Positions 12,500 through 25,530 of a stretch of DNA of 64,000 nucleotides are shown one piece after another. The DNA is from Chiloscyllium plagiosum. Lineage: Eukaryota. The notes beneath the pieces were generated by a model that had not been told where the DNA came from, made no database searches, and saw only the letters and a list, made by a program, of their open reading frames with translations. The position numbers were made by a program, and so were the translations under genes. The first letter of the stretch is position 1, and every line of letters starts with the position of its first letter. Where the stretch lies: contig NC_057751.1 in the NCBI RefSeq assembly GCF_004010195.1, positions 17,833,768-17,897,767 of the forward strand, given 5' to 3'.

Positions 12500-14040
12500 T
12501 AGTCCGTATAAACAGGATTACTGTCTATTTGTTCAAACATAGTTTGATAAACCATAGTCAGCATGGCTTCTTAAGGGACACGTCATGCCTCTTAAGTTAT
12601 TATTGAGATTTTTGAGGATATAACGAGTCAGGTTGCCGATGGTCGAGTAGTGGATGTGGTGCATATGGATTCGAGTAAGGCATTTTATAAGGTTCCCCAC
12701 GATAGGCTCATTCAGAAATTTAGGAAGTATAGGATACATGGAAATTTTGCTGCCTGGGCACAGAATTGGCTGGCCAAAAAGAGACAGTGAGTGGCAGTGG
12801 ATGGATTATTGGCCTTCCGCAGTGACGTGTTCTTGGGCCTCTCATCTTTGCAAGTTTTTATAAATGATTTAGATGAATAAGTGGAAGAGTGGAGTGGAAA
12901 GTGGGCGGCACGGTGGCACAGTGGTTAGCACTGCTGCCTCGCAGCGCCAGAGACCCGGGTTCAATTCCCGACTCAGGCGACTGACTGTGTGGAGTTTGCA
13001 CGTTCTCCCCGTGTCTGCGTGGGTTTCCTCCGGGTGCTCCGGTTTCCTCCCACAGTCCAAAGATGTGCAGGTTAGGTGAATTGGCCATACTAAATTGCCC
13101 GTAGTGTTAGGTAAGGGGTAAATGTAGGGGTATAGGTGGGTTTCGTTTCGGCGGGTCGGTGTGGACTTGTTGGGCCGAAGGGCCTGTTTCCACACTGTAA
13201 TCTAATCTAATCTAATCTAATCTAAAGTATGCCAATGAAACAAATTTCGGAAGTGTCATAAATAGTATCAAGGGCTGTTTTTAAGGCTGTAATAAGACAT
13301 TAAAAGGATAGAGAGCCTGGTGGAGAAGTGGCATCTTGTGTTTCACCTCAATAAATGCAAAATGGTTCATTTTGGAAAGTAGAATTTTGATGGTGAATAT
13401 ACGTTTAAAGACAGGATTTTTGGCAATATAGATGAACAGCCAGACTTTGAGATGCATGCACGTAGATCCTCAAAGTTGCTACCCACACTTATAGGATTGT
13501 TAATAAAGCGTATGGTGTTTTTCCTTTAAAGAAAAGAAGATTGAGTTCCTGCAGCTCTTTAAAAGCTTGGTTTGGCAACATGTGGAATATTTTGTCCATT
13601 TGTGGTTATCTCATTGTTGGACGGATATATATGCGTTAGAGAAGGTGCAAAAGAGATATACCGGTATGCTGCCTGGATTGTAGAGTTTGTATTATGAAGA
13701 GAGGCGGAGTGAACCTAGGCTTTTCACATCGGAGAGAAGAAGGAAGAGACGTGACTTGATAAAGGCATGAAAACTAATGAGAGGCTGAGATAGAGTAGAT
13801 AGCCAGAGACTTTCCTCAGGGCTGAAATGTCTGTCACGCGGGAACATAATTTTAAGATAATTGGAGCAAGGTATAGGGGAGATGTCAAAGGTACGTTCTT
13901 TATGCAGGGAATGGTGGGTGCTTAGCATGTACTGCCACCAGTGGTAGTAGAGTCAGAGACTTAGGGACATTTAAACGACTGGTGGGTAATCACAAAAATG
14001 GCAGAAAATTGAGGGATGTGTAGATTAGGTTGAAGTCATA
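12500..14040 (+). mobile_element. Decayed CR1 RT and 3' region interrupted by a SINE
   Basis: SQHGFL.G.SC, DVVHMDSSKAFYKVPHDRL and LEKVQKRYTGMLPGL motifs. Confidence 0.8.
12902..13224 (+). mobile_element. Young full-length HE1 SINE (tRNA-derived)
   Basis: A-box TGGCACAGTGG, B-box GGTTCAATTCC, CR1-like tail and (AATCT)n; near-identical to 41868-42180 and 44650-44997. Confidence 0.92.
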
Positions 14041-14251
14041 CAAGTTGTGGACACAACTTTGCACGTCTAGGAAAAGAAGGGAAATAGAGCTATTAGGGAA
14101 CATGGGAGGGAATGCGTGAACGTGGGACTGTGTTGAACGACCAGCTGGGATCGTATTCAATGGCAGAGCAGGCTCAAAGGACTGTATAGCCTAGTGCCGT
14201 TACTATTTGCAAATCATTTCTCTGCAATCGGGTATCTCAATTGTTAGTAGA

Positions 14252-14362
14252 AAGTGAGTTCTGCACTCAGAGTTGAGAGTGTGTTGCTGGAGAGGCACAG
14301 CAGTTCAAGCAGCGTCCAAGGAGAAGGTAAATCGACATTCTGGACTTAAGCCCTTTATCTGC
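14252..14362 (-). mobile_element. Penelope-like terminus fragment
   Basis: gtgtgttgctggagaggcacagcagttcaagcagcgtcc...tcgacattctggacttaagccc. Confidence 0.6.
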
Positions 14363-14574
14363 CTTCTCCTTCTCCTCTGTTGCTTCCTATCGCAGTTAAT
14401 AACTGAGCAAATCAATCTTAGCTTGAGTTAATGGAATCTTCTTCCTGGCATTGCATTATATATTGACTCCACTAAGTTGTTGGCTCGTCTCAGCAGTTAT
14501 AAGGGCAAGCAGAGTTATGTTTACCCTAATGCGTACATTTCCTCAGCAGGAGCATAATTCTGTAAACAAGTGAG

Positions 14575-15665
14575 TTAAACAAAGAGGAATGATGAGTGCA
14601 AAGCAGTAGATGTGATCTATATGATCTTCAGTAAGGCGTTCGACAAAGTTCCCAGTGTAGACTGGTTAGCAGGGTTAGATCTCACGGAATAAAGGGAGAA
14701 TTAGAGACTTGGATACAGAACTGACTGAAAGGTAGAAGACAGATGGTGTTGGAGGGTTGTTTTTCAGATTGGAAGTGTGTGACCAGTAGAGTGCTACAAG
14801 GATCGGTGCAGGGTCAATTATTTTTCATCATTCATGTAAATGATTTGAATGTAATCATAAGAGGGATGGTTAGTAAATTTGAAGATGACACCAAAGATGG
14901 AGGAGTAGTGGACAGCGAAGATTATAACATGGTCTTGATCAGATTGGCTATTTGACTGAAAAGTGGCAGACGGAGTTTAGTTCAGGTCCTAGGAAGAGTA
15001 GCTGAACATAGTGATCTCGGAGTTCAGGTTCATAGCTCCTTGAAAGTGGAATCGGAGGTAGATAGGCAAGTTGGCAGGTCATCTTGCGCCTGTAAAGACA
15101 TTGGTTAGACCACTGTTGAAATAATGCATGAAATTCTGGTCTCCTTCCTATCAGAGAGATGTTGTGAAACTTGAAAGGGTTCAGAAAAGATTTAGAAGGA
15201 TGTTGTCAGTGTTGGAGCATTTGAGCTATAGGGAGAGGTTGAACAGGCTGGGGCTGCTTTTCCTGGATCACCGGAGGCTGATGGTTGACCTTATGGAGGT
15301 TTACAAAATCATGAAGGGCATGGATAGAATATATAGACAAAGTTTACTCCCTGGGTTGGGGAAATCTGGAACTAGAAGGCATAGGTTTAGGGTGTGAGGG
15401 GAAAGATATAAGATAGACCTAAGGGACAACATTTTTACGCAGAGGGTATTACATGTATGAGCTGCCAGAGGAACCGGTGGGGGCTAGTAAAATTGCAACA
15501 TTAAAAGGCATTTGGATAGGTATATGAATAGCAATGGTCTGGAAGGATATGGGCCAAGTGCTGGCGGGTGGGACTAGATTGCGTTGAGGCATCTGGTCGG
15601 CATGGACGGATGATACTGAACTATTTGTTTCCGTGCTGTACATCTCTATGGCTTTCTGACTCTAA
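14575..15665 (+). mobile_element. CR1/HER1 RT and 3' end with internal deletions
   Basis: FSKAFDKVP, VTSRVLQGSV, KFEDDTK and FWSPSYQRDVVKLERVQKRF; tail ctctatg..gactct. Confidence 0.9.
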
Positions 15666-15779
15666 TCCAGTGGAACTGCATACAGATGGTTATATATCAT
15701 CAGATTATCATCCTTCTCTCTCGATGACGCCATTTCGCCTCATCTCAGTCTGTGTACCCTCAGGCTGTTACACCTGGTC

Positions 15780-16400
15780 TGAACTATCTGATCATTAAGA
15801 ACATCCTCCCTGCACTTTCATTGCCAGAATTTGGTAGATTTTTCCTAAGTCATCCCCTCGTACATATAAGGTAAAATGAACACAGTCTTAAATGAATTCT
15901 TCATTCATTAATTCTGCCATCGTAGGTGTTACGCTGATAAACCTATCTTGCTCTTCATCCATCCCCAGAAATTCTTCCTCAGGTAAGGACACCAGATTGT
16001 GCAATATTATACAATTTCAGCAAGACGTCCTTGCGCTGTTCTCCAGTCTTCTCTCAGTGAAGGTCAACATACAGTTTTCCTTTATCAACTCCTGCTGCTC
16101 CTGCAATGTTGACTTTCTTTCCCAGGTTTACGAAGGTCACACAGGTCTTTTGGCAGTTCCCTCCTTTCCCAATCTGTTGCTCCTCTGTTAATAGTGCACC
16201 TTCCTCTTTTTACTTGAAAATCCTCACATTGATCCACTTTAGCTCTGTGATGAAATTTACTACTCAAACCACATCGAAGCAAATCCATCTCCTCGTCATG
16301 CATTTGTGTTGTCTGCAAACTGAAGAGATGATTTTAAGATCTTGCCTCTAAACCTACATAATTATTACGAGTAGCCTACGCCCTAGCACTGAACCTTGGA
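15780..16400 (-). mobile_element. Old CR1 RT fragment
   Basis: gttgtctgcaaact (FADxT on the minus strand) and caccagattgtgcaatatt (C-terminal region). Confidence 0.55.
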
Positions 16401-16419
16401 ATCCTGGCCCTTATTCTGG

Positions 16420-16525
16420 CCGACAGTGTGCTGCTGGAGAAGCACTGCACGTCAAGCAACACCTGACAAGCAGGACAATCAACGTGTTGTACATACACCC
16501 TCCATCAGGAATCAATCCTGATGTG
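16420..16525. mobile_element. Penelope-like terminus with incipient fold-back
   Basis: Homologous arm ending ccatcaggaat-c-aatcctgatg (short inverted junction around CTGATG). Confidence 0.55.
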
Positions 16526-16591
16526 ACTGATCCTGATATTACACCACTAGACACTGAATTCTACACAGGAAATAACCGGTTTCGCCCCACC

Positions 16592-16705
16592 GGGGAGGCT
16601 AAGGCGTAGTGGTATTATCACTGGACTGTTCATCCCAAGACCCAGGTAATGGAATCGGGACCTGGCTTCAATTCCCGACCATGACAACTTGAGTACTTAG
16701 ATTTA
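16592..16705 (+). mobile_element. tRNA-headed SINE of a second family (5' part)
   Basis: ggcgtagtggtattatcactggact (A-box-like) and ggcttcaattcccgacc (B-box-like). Confidence 0.55.
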
Positions 16706-16949
16706 AAAAAATATTCAAAGAAAGCTTAAAATCATATTACCAAAAGAGAAGATGCTGGAAATTCTGAGCAGGTCTGGCATCATCTGTGAGGAGAGAAAAG
16801 AGCTGACATTTCGAGTCTAACTGCCCCTTTGTCAAAGCTAAGTTTTGAACTTATAGAGGGTTACAAAATCTTCCTTCCAGTCCAAAAGAAAGAAATGCTG
16901 AAAGGAACAATACAGATGCAGAGAAAGAAACTAGGCTTTTTCGATTGTA

Positions 16950-17012
16950 GTAGAGAGAGATAGAGAGAGATAGTGAGCGTCTATGTGTGTGTGTGTGTGT
17001 GAAAGAGAGACA
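16950..17012. repeat. (AG)n/(TG)n microsatellite
   Basis: Seen directly. Confidence 0.9.
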
Positions 17013-18781
17013 GAGGAAAAAGGAGAACCCCAACTGATTGCAAAACAAAAACCCACTTCTATCTGAGCATGACTCCACTACGCATGATTCTTGTGTCTGA
17101 TTTAAAAACAAAACTCTGGGTGTTCAAAACTTTTATCCACGTCTTCTGACGAAGACATTGTGGCACCACTCTGGCAATACCTCGCTGCAAGTGAAATAGC
17201 ACATACGCCTTGAAGTACTATCACCAGTTGTACAGTGAGATGTGATTGTGTATCTCCTCCTCTTCCAGTCTCACCTTTGCAATCCATTTCCTATGAAGTA
17301 AGACTTCGTCTTTACAACTGAAAACACTGATATAACAGTGGAAACTATGATTCGGGTTTAGCTGTTGTCATTGGAAAGACACATTCTGTTAACAAAGAGG
17401 TCGAAAAGCAGGGGACAAATATGTAGAGGGCAAGCAAAGATGCTTCTTTCTACTCCGTGGTTAATAAGTTAATAACCGTGGGGGTACATCTTAGGGTCCG
17501 TAACCTACAAACGAAAATCCAGAGAGTGTGGGGCTGGAGTCCCTTTACCAAGGCGTACTGACACATTGTGCCAAACTATATCCTTCTGTGTTGTAAACGT
17601 TTTATCTGTTTCTGTGAGCAGTCGTGAATTCTTCCCATCACTGGAGAGACTGACCCCGGGGATCGAACTTGGGCACCTGCAGTTCAGCCTGTCCGTCCGA
17701 AATTGTCATCAGTTGCTGTGTCGGGTCTCAGGGCTGAAACTGCATTGTTGCCGCAGATAACATCCTGTAGATATTTTTGGACACGATACGTACAGCATTG
17801 GTGTTCATTCATTGAAATCTGTTTAGTCACGCTGATAGATTGACATTTTACATCAGTGTTATTTGTGGCTCAGTAGTTAAACGGTTGTTTTTAAATCAGA
17901 GTGCTGTTTGTTATAAAATCTTGTTAGCATGCTGGCGATCAGGGTTCTAAAAAATACATGGCAAGGGAGATTTTTTCTTTATCCTGTCACGATATGACTT
18001 TACAACTGGAGCTGTCTGGGTTTGCTCTCCTCACCTAAAAGTGAATGATCTCTCAGACAGATTTGTTGTCTCGCCTTGTCACAATCACAACTGAATGCTA
18101 TCAGTTATCTTCAGTAAACCTCAATTCAAATCCGCACAAGCTTCAGTATGAATGTATTAAAGCTCTCTTGCCAAATGGTTTGAACAGAATATAAGACAAC
18201 ATGTTATCAAATGGAAACGTTTATATCATGAACATAAAGAAAATAAATTAAACGTTGAGTACATCAAAAATTAAATTGAAGTTGCTGGATGACGCTGATT
18301 ATAACAATGCACTAAATCAAGAAAGTGACACAAGTGAGAAAGGATGACAGCTCAAACTGTCAGAAAGCATTCATTAGATCAGCAATTATATCTAGTTCGG
18401 AAGCAAAATTCGTGGTGAGTATCACCGTACAACACCACACGTGTACAACAAACATCAGATCCATTCACTGCCCTATGGTTTTTCAGGAGATTCCACACAC
18501 GGTAATCATGTCTGTCCACAATCAATCATGGTTTCAATTCTCAGGTCGAACTGTTTGAAGAAATCAAACTCCACTGAGCACATGGTGTTCAATTTTCACA
18601 GTAATGCCAATTCAACTCCCCAGTTAAGGTAAAAAAAAACACTGATAGAAAAGTCCTTATACACTGCCACTGTCCATTTACTCCAAATAGCAGGATGCCC
18701 GCCTGGCGCACATACACCATTTCAACTTCCGTTCTGCTGATCCACCCTGGTGAAGCAAGTCTCAGATGTTTGCTCCTCAGG

Positions 18782-18820
<39 letters not shown>
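18782..18820. repeat. (CT)n microsatellite
   Basis: Seen directly. Confidence 0.95.
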
Positions 18821-18823
<3 letters not shown>

Positions 18824-19929
18824 AGTTACTTCAGATGTTTGCTGTGTATTTTACGAAGGTGGGATCCAACCAGATCAACGGATTCTGTCTCCTACCTTGA
18901 AGGCCGAACTGGTTCACTTCCTGGAAGGAACGGCAAGTGCAGATACTGAGCACGAACCCAGAACTACCGAGTAAAATTGTTAGCATTCCACTGCTGCTAG
19001 CCACAGCTTTAGCCTGGCTTCTTTCAGGAAATGGTCAGCAGGACTTCAATCTGGAGCGCAGCTGCTTAAAAAAGAGGGCAGAGAATAAGACAACAATTTT
19101 CACTCGACCAAATTCATTCCAGTTCTGATTTCCAGCGGGAATATCAAGTTCCTCTTTCCAAATGGATCAAACCGTATCTGCCGCAGCCTGAAATAGATTA
19201 AACTGGAAATAAACTGAATCAAGAACAGAGGAAGAACAAGAAAATTGGCGTTATGGTGTCAACACTTCCAGTGCACCTACAAATAGTCTCCATAACCTTT
19301 ACTTAATTGAGTTTATATTTTAATTATTACGTTCAGTACTCTCCATAAAGTACTTACCAGATTCGTTATACTCTCCTGATCAGCAGAGAGATCGTGGCGA
19401 TGGATATGTCTGTGAAGGTTATGATCCGAGTTTCAGAACCATAAGTGATCATTTTCGATGGAGGTCGGAGGCAAATCATCTATAACAGAATCTGACAGAC
19501 TGATGCCCCTTAAACTGGGGTTGAATAATGTGTTTTCCGATGACAGTTTAGCTCATAAACATGAAGATAGACGGCATTTATTAAGTACAACGCGGTTTTT
19601 GCCAAGTGCAGTACAAATCCCTCTCTCCACACTTTTCAAGTCTCGTTCCTGAGAACTGCAGACAGCAGTTTCATTCCTAATTTCCCCAGTTCAATTATTA
19701 CTCAGATTCAGCATTCATTGGTTTGTGCAGCACAGGACCCTGAAAAACCAACAGCTACCAGCTTTGGGAGTCAGAGAAAGAACTAACAGGAATCAAATCC
19801 AACCCTTGGTATTTGTACATTAAAAATGTAGAAACTATTAATAATGTGTTGTGCTTAATAGTCCCACTACTAATGATAAAAATTACGGGCAGTTGTAATA
19901 AAAAACATATTCCGAATGCAGATACTGTA

Positions 19930-20665
19930 ATGTTTTGGATTCTGGTTTGCTCACTGAGCTGGAATATTTCTTTTCAGAGGTTTCATCACCATACTGGGTA
20001 ACATCCTCAGTGAACTCCGGACGAAGCACTGCTGATGATTCCTGCTTTTTATTTATACGTTTGAGTTTATTTGGGTTAGTGATGTCATTTCCTGTGGTGG
20101 TGTCATTTCCTGTTCGTTTTCTCAGGGGTTGGTAATGACGGTCCAAATCAATGTTTTTGATGATAAAGTTCTGGTTGGAATGCCACACTTCTAGGAATTC
20201 CCGTGCGTGTCTCTGCTTGGCTTGTCCTAAGATGGATGAGTTATCCCATTCGAAATGGTGTCCTTCCTTATCTGTATGTTAGGATACTAATGAGAGAGAG
20301 CCACGTCGTTTTGTGGCGAGTTGATGTTCATGTATCCTGGTAGCTAGTTATCTGCCTGTTTGTCCAATGTAGTGTTTGTTCCAGTTCTTGCACGGTAGTT
20401 TGAAAATGACATTAGTTTTGCTTGTTGTCTACATGGCGTCTTGCAAGTTCATCAGCTACTCTTTCGGTGTGTTCGTGGGTTTGTGAATACCATGATGCCA
20501 AGTAGTCTGTGTAGTCTGGCAGCCATTTCCGAGATGACTTTGATGTAGGGAAGATTGGCTGGGTGTTCTGGATGCGTTTTGTCTGCTTGTTTGTGTTTGT
20601 TGCTGAGGAATTGGCGGTCTGTTTTCATTGTGTACCCATTCTTTTTGAATTCACCTGTATAGTGA
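19930..20665 (-). mobile_element. Penelope-like element 3' part: GIY-YIG endonuclease plus terminal repeat with hammerhead core
   Basis: Minus strand reads VIFKLPCKNWNKHYIGQTGR*LATRIHEH...HTDKEGHHFEWDNSSILGQAKQRHAREFLEVWHS, followed by CTGAGGA-stem-GAAAC at about 20010-19977. Confidence 0.88.
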
Positions 20666-20759
20666 CGGACAATAAATAATCTGCTGCCTCTAGGAAGCCC
20701 TGGTCCTATTTAATTCTGTCCCATTTAACCTACATTGCAGCTCAAGTACACAGGAGGTT

Positions 20760-23270
20760 GCGAGTAGAGAGTTCAGAAATAAGGTTTCAAGGTTATAACA
20801 AGGCACTGGCAATCAAGAAGTTGTTTGAATTGTGTCTACTTCAACGCCAGGAGCATCCGGAATAAGGTGGATGAACTTGCAGCATGGGTTGGTGCCTGCG
20901 ATTATGATGTTGTGGCCATTTCGGAGACATTGGTCATGCAGTGACAGGAATTTTTATTGTTGTTTCTGGGATTGAGATGTTTCTGTAAGAACAAAGAAAG
21001 TGGTAAAAGAGGTGGGGTTGGGAGGGTGTGTCATTACTAGTCAAGGATAGTATTACGATTGGAGAAAGAACGTTTGAGCACTCATCTGCTAAGGATTATG
21101 GGCTGAGGGTAGAAACAGGAAAGGAGAGGTCAGACTGCTGGAAGTTTTCCATTTGCCTCGTTATAGTTCCAGAGATGTAGAGGATAGGATAACAAAGATG
21201 ATTCTTGATAGCAGCAAGAGTGACAGGGTTGTTGTTATAGGGGACATTTACTTTTCGAATATTAACAGGGGATACTAGACTTCAAGTACTTTGAATGGGT
21301 CAATGTTTGTCCAATGTGTGCCAGAGGGTTTCCTGACACAATATATAGACAGGCCAAAAAGGGGCGTGGCCACATTAGATTCGGGACTGGGTAATGAACC
21401 TGGTCAGGTGTTATATTTGGAGATAGGTGAGCTATTTGATGATAGTGACCACAATTCCGTTACGAGTACTTTATTTATAGAAAGGGGTAGGTATATACCG
21501 CTGGGAAATAATCATAGCTGCCGGAAATGCAATTATGATGCGATAAGGTAGATTTTCAATGCGTAGGGCGGGGAAGGCAACTGCGGGGGAAATGGGCACA
21601 TGTGAAATGTGGAGCTTATTCATGGAAAATATAGTGCAGATCCTTGACACCTATGTATGTGTCAGGCAACAAGGAAGCTCTCAAGTGTGGGGATCCTTGG
21701 TTCATGAAAGAAGTTGTCAAGTGGAAGAAGAAGGCTTATGTTAGGATGAAATGTGATGGCTCGATTTGGGCGTTTGTGATTCACAAGTTAGCCAGGACGT
21801 CCTGAATGAGAAAACTAAGAAGAGCCAGAAGGGACATAAGAATTCTTTCGCGGATAGTATTAAAGAAAACACTTATGCTTTCTATAGGTATATCAGGAAT
21901 AAAATATTGACTAGAGTAAGATTATGGACAATCAATGACTGTAAGATGTGGGTGGAGTTAGAGGAGATAGGGTAAGCGCTAACCTAATATTTTGCGTCAG
22001 TATTCACACTAGAAAAAGACAATGTTCTCGAAGAGAATGCTGAGATGCAGGCCACTGGACGAGATGGGATTGAGGTTCACATTGAGGAGCTGATCGCATT
22101 TCTGGAAACTATATAAATAGATAAGTTCCCTGGACAGGATGACATTTAACGTCGGATTCTCTGGCAAGCCAGGGACAACATTACAGAGCCTTAAGGCTTT
22201 GACCTTTATGTCGTCGTTATGTGCAAGAATAGTACCAGAAGACTGGAGGATAGCAAATGTTATTGCCCAAAATATGGAGGCGTGGGATTGAGGGTGCTTT
22301 AGCAGTTTGGATCAACATTACAGAGCCTTAAGGCTTTGACCTTTATGTCGTCGTTATGTGCAAGAATAGTACCAGAAGACTGGAGGATAGCAAATGTTGT
22401 TGCCCAAAATATGGAGGCGTGGGATTGAGGGTGCTTTAGCGGTTTGGATCAGAAATTGGCAAGCTGAAGGAACACAGAGGGTGATGATTGATGGGAAATA
22501 TTCATCTTGGTGGGGTACTGCAAGGATCTGTTTTGGGTTCACTGCTGTGTGTAATTTTTGTAAATGATCTGAATGAGGCATAGAAGGATACGTTAGTAAA
22601 TATGCGGACAAATTTGAAGTTGGTAGCGCTGTGGGGGGTGACGAATGATGTTGTAGGTTACTGATGGACATCGATAAGCTGCAGAATTGGGCTGCGAGGT
22701 TGCAACTTGATCTTAATGCATAAACCTGTGAAGTGATTCATTTTGGAAGTAGTAACAGGGATGCAGATTACAGGGCTAATGATAAGATTATTGGTAGCGT
22801 AGAGGAGCAGATAGATCACGGTGTCAATTTACGCAGATCCTTGAAAGTTACCACCCAGGTATAGAGGGTTGTGAATAAGGCATACATTGTGTTCGTTATT
22901 GGTAGATGGATTGAGTTTAGGAAATACGAGGACAGCTGCAGCTGTACGAAACTTTGGTGTGATCTCACTTTGAGTATTGTGTACAGTTCTGGTCACCGCA
23001 TTATAGGAAGAATGTGGAAGCTTTGGAAAGGGTTCAGATGGGATTTAATTTGGTGTTACCTGGTAAGGATGTAAGGTCTTATGAGGTAAGGCTGAGGGAC
23101 TTGAGGCTGCTTTCGTTCAAGAGAAGAAGGTTGAGTGGTGACGTAATTGAGACATGTAAGACAATCAGAGGGTTAGACAGGATGGACAGTGACACCGTTT
23201 TTATTTTGGCTCGCACGAAGGGACATCATTTTAAGCTGACGGGTGATAAATATTGGATAGTGTCAGTGGT
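20760..23270 (+). mobile_element. CR1 LINE ORF2 (APE and RT), decayed, with internal deletion and tandem duplication
   Basis: LNCVYFNARSIRNKVDELAAWVGACDYDVVAISET, SDHN, PEDWRIANV, KYADK and ALERVQ. Confidence 0.9.
22176..22449. repeat. 137-bp tandem duplication (2 copies)
   Basis: 22176-22312 and 22313-22449 differ at 2 positions. Confidence 0.92.
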
Positions 23271-23520
23271 GCGGTGGCGTGTTTCATTGAATAGCACTGC
23301 TGTCTCATAACTCCCGGGGCTCTGTTTCGATTCGAGCATAGGGCGACTGTCTGTGTGCATTATGCACATCACCCCGTGTCTGTGTGGCATGGGCCATGGT
23401 GTTCTGCGAAGTAAATCTAAGTACCTTATTCAGGGGAATGGGGCTGTGTGGGTTATTCTTCAGAGCGTCAGTATGGACTAGTTCGGCAGAATGGCCGGCT
23501 TCCAACTGTAGGGATTCTTG
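23270..23520 (+). mobile_element. Diverged HE1 SINE inside the CR1 3' region
   Basis: agcactgctgtctca...ggcgactgtctgtgtg...ttccaactgtagggattct. Confidence 0.7.
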
Positions 23521-24404
23521 TTTACTCTGATTGTAGGATGGGCAAGAAACATATTGCCTGCAACAGAAGTCGACTTGGTAACTTTAAAGGCTTTTAAATA
23601 GAACTTTACTTCTGCCCAGAATCAGCAAATCCCAGAATTTGAGCCCAAACACTGATCTCAGTATTTGCAAAAAAATGCCGAGTGGTCAGTAAGACTAAGA
23701 GCAGCTTGTGCTAAATTAAACATTAAACTATGTCTGATACGTCATACCCGCTTACAGGATCTGTGAACATGCGCTGACGTTCTGTGTATCTCCGATTGTC
23801 AGCAAAGTCGCTCTGTCCTGGAATTTTCAAAGCACACCCTATGGATTCTTTCAGATCTCACCCAAGTGAGAATATTGATACAGTGTGAGATTGCCCAGGT
23901 TAATCTTGTTTTAATTGCGAAAATTAAAGCTGAATATAACTTGAAATTGTCCTCATACATTTTCCCAATGGCCAGATCATAAACTACTTTTTCTACCTTT
24001 GTATTTTTTCGAATCTCTGGGATTCCAATGACTGCAGCTGAACGTCCCAGTTGGGATTTTCTTGAGGAAAAGCTGCTCTTGAACAGCTGGTCGATTCGAA
24101 TGTTAATTTTCAGTTATCTTCGGTGACGTTTCTTTCTCTACTCCTCATGATCTCGGCCTTTTGCCAAATGGTCATTCGGTAAAAGTGTCCAATACTGAAC
24201 AGCAGAAATGATTATTAGCTCAGCGTATCGATCAAACAATTGGAAAGTCTTCACGTTCTCCTATATTGGAGCAGTGTGCACTCATATTGTTTAATTTGCT
24301 CGTGGAATGCCTCCTTGTGTTGCAGTTGAGTAGCTTCAATTAAAGCAGACAGAAAGTTATTTACCATGTATTTGGTTTATGCCTAAACAACGTGTCAGCT
24401 AGAT

Positions 24405-24865
24405 TACTATAAAAAGGATGTCGTGGAACTGGAAAGCTTTCAGGGAATTTCTCAGGAAATATCTACAATGATGTCGCTACGGTTGGAGAGCTTGAGCTGT
24501 AGTGAGAGGCTGGGGCGGTTTTCTCTGTAGCTTCAGACGCTGACGGGTAACCTTGTAGAGATTCATAAAATCATGATGGGCATGGATCAATTGAAGGTCT
24601 AAGTCCTTCTCACTGTGTTGTGGGAGTTCAGAACTACAGGGTGTTGGGTGGTGCAAGTATGCAATCAGCTGCGAGATGAAGTGGTGAAGGTTAATACAGT
24701 TCTGACATTTAAACGCCATCTGGATGGGTTCATGAACAGGAAGGGGTGAGAGGAATATGGGCCAAGTTCTGGCAAATGTGACTAGGTTAATTTAGGATAT
24801 CTGGTCGACATTGACGAGTTGGGACAATAGTCTGTTTTCATGCGATACAGCCCTGTGACTACTTA
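24405..24865 (+). mobile_element. CR1/HER1 3' fragment
   Basis: KKDVVELE...; 3' UTR ggatatctggtcgac. Confidence 0.8.
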
Positions 24866-25034
24866 AACGCTAAGTGAATTCATGCAACATTCGATTTGTA
24901 GCTTCAAGTGATTTTTGAAGTATTTAAGACTGGGTCACTTTAAACCTGACTTGGAAGTTAATAACGATGGCAATATTATAAATTCTTCAGATAATTCTAA
25001 GTCTTCCACATGGAGATTTCTCTTGTTATAACCA

Positions 25035-25530
25035 GTGGAGCCATAGAGGTATACAGCATGGAAACAGACCCGTCAGACAACAACTCCATGCGGACCGGAC
25101 ATCCTAACCTAATACAGTCCCGTTTGTTAGCAATTGGCCCATATCCCTCTAAACCCGTCCTATTCATTTACCCATCCAGATGCCGTTCAAATGTTGTCAT
25201 TAACCCAGACTCCGTCAGTTCTTCGTGAAGCAAATTGCATATACGCACCACTCTCTGCGTGAATACGCTGCCTCATAGGTCACTTTTATACCCTGCCCCT
25301 TTCACGCTCTTCATATGCCCTTTAGTTCTGGACTAACCCACCCCAGACAAAGAACTTGTTCATTTATCCTGTCCGTGCCCCTCATGATTTTACGAAACTT
25401 CAGAAGGTCATCCATCAGCCTCCGAAATTCCAGGGAAAACAACCCCAGCCTCTTCAGCCTCTGCTTTTAGCTCAGACTCTCCAACATTGGCACCATTCTT
25501 GTAAATATTTTGTGAACCACAGCAAGTTCA
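25035..25530 (-). mobile_element. CR1/HER1 3' fragment
   Basis: catagaggtatacagcatggaaacagaccc tail on the minus strand. Confidence 0.85.

Noticed and set aside
12905..12975. tRNA gene
   Set aside because: A/B boxes belong to the SINE head and continue into the SINE body
12858..13195. Recurrent similar ORFs (also at 41819-42184 and 44343-44807) suggesting a peptide family
   Set aside because: They are translations of HE1 SINE copies
19350..19460. Strong GTAAGT donor on the minus strand with upstream ATG
   Set aside because: The ATG frame stops before the donor and no homology was recognised
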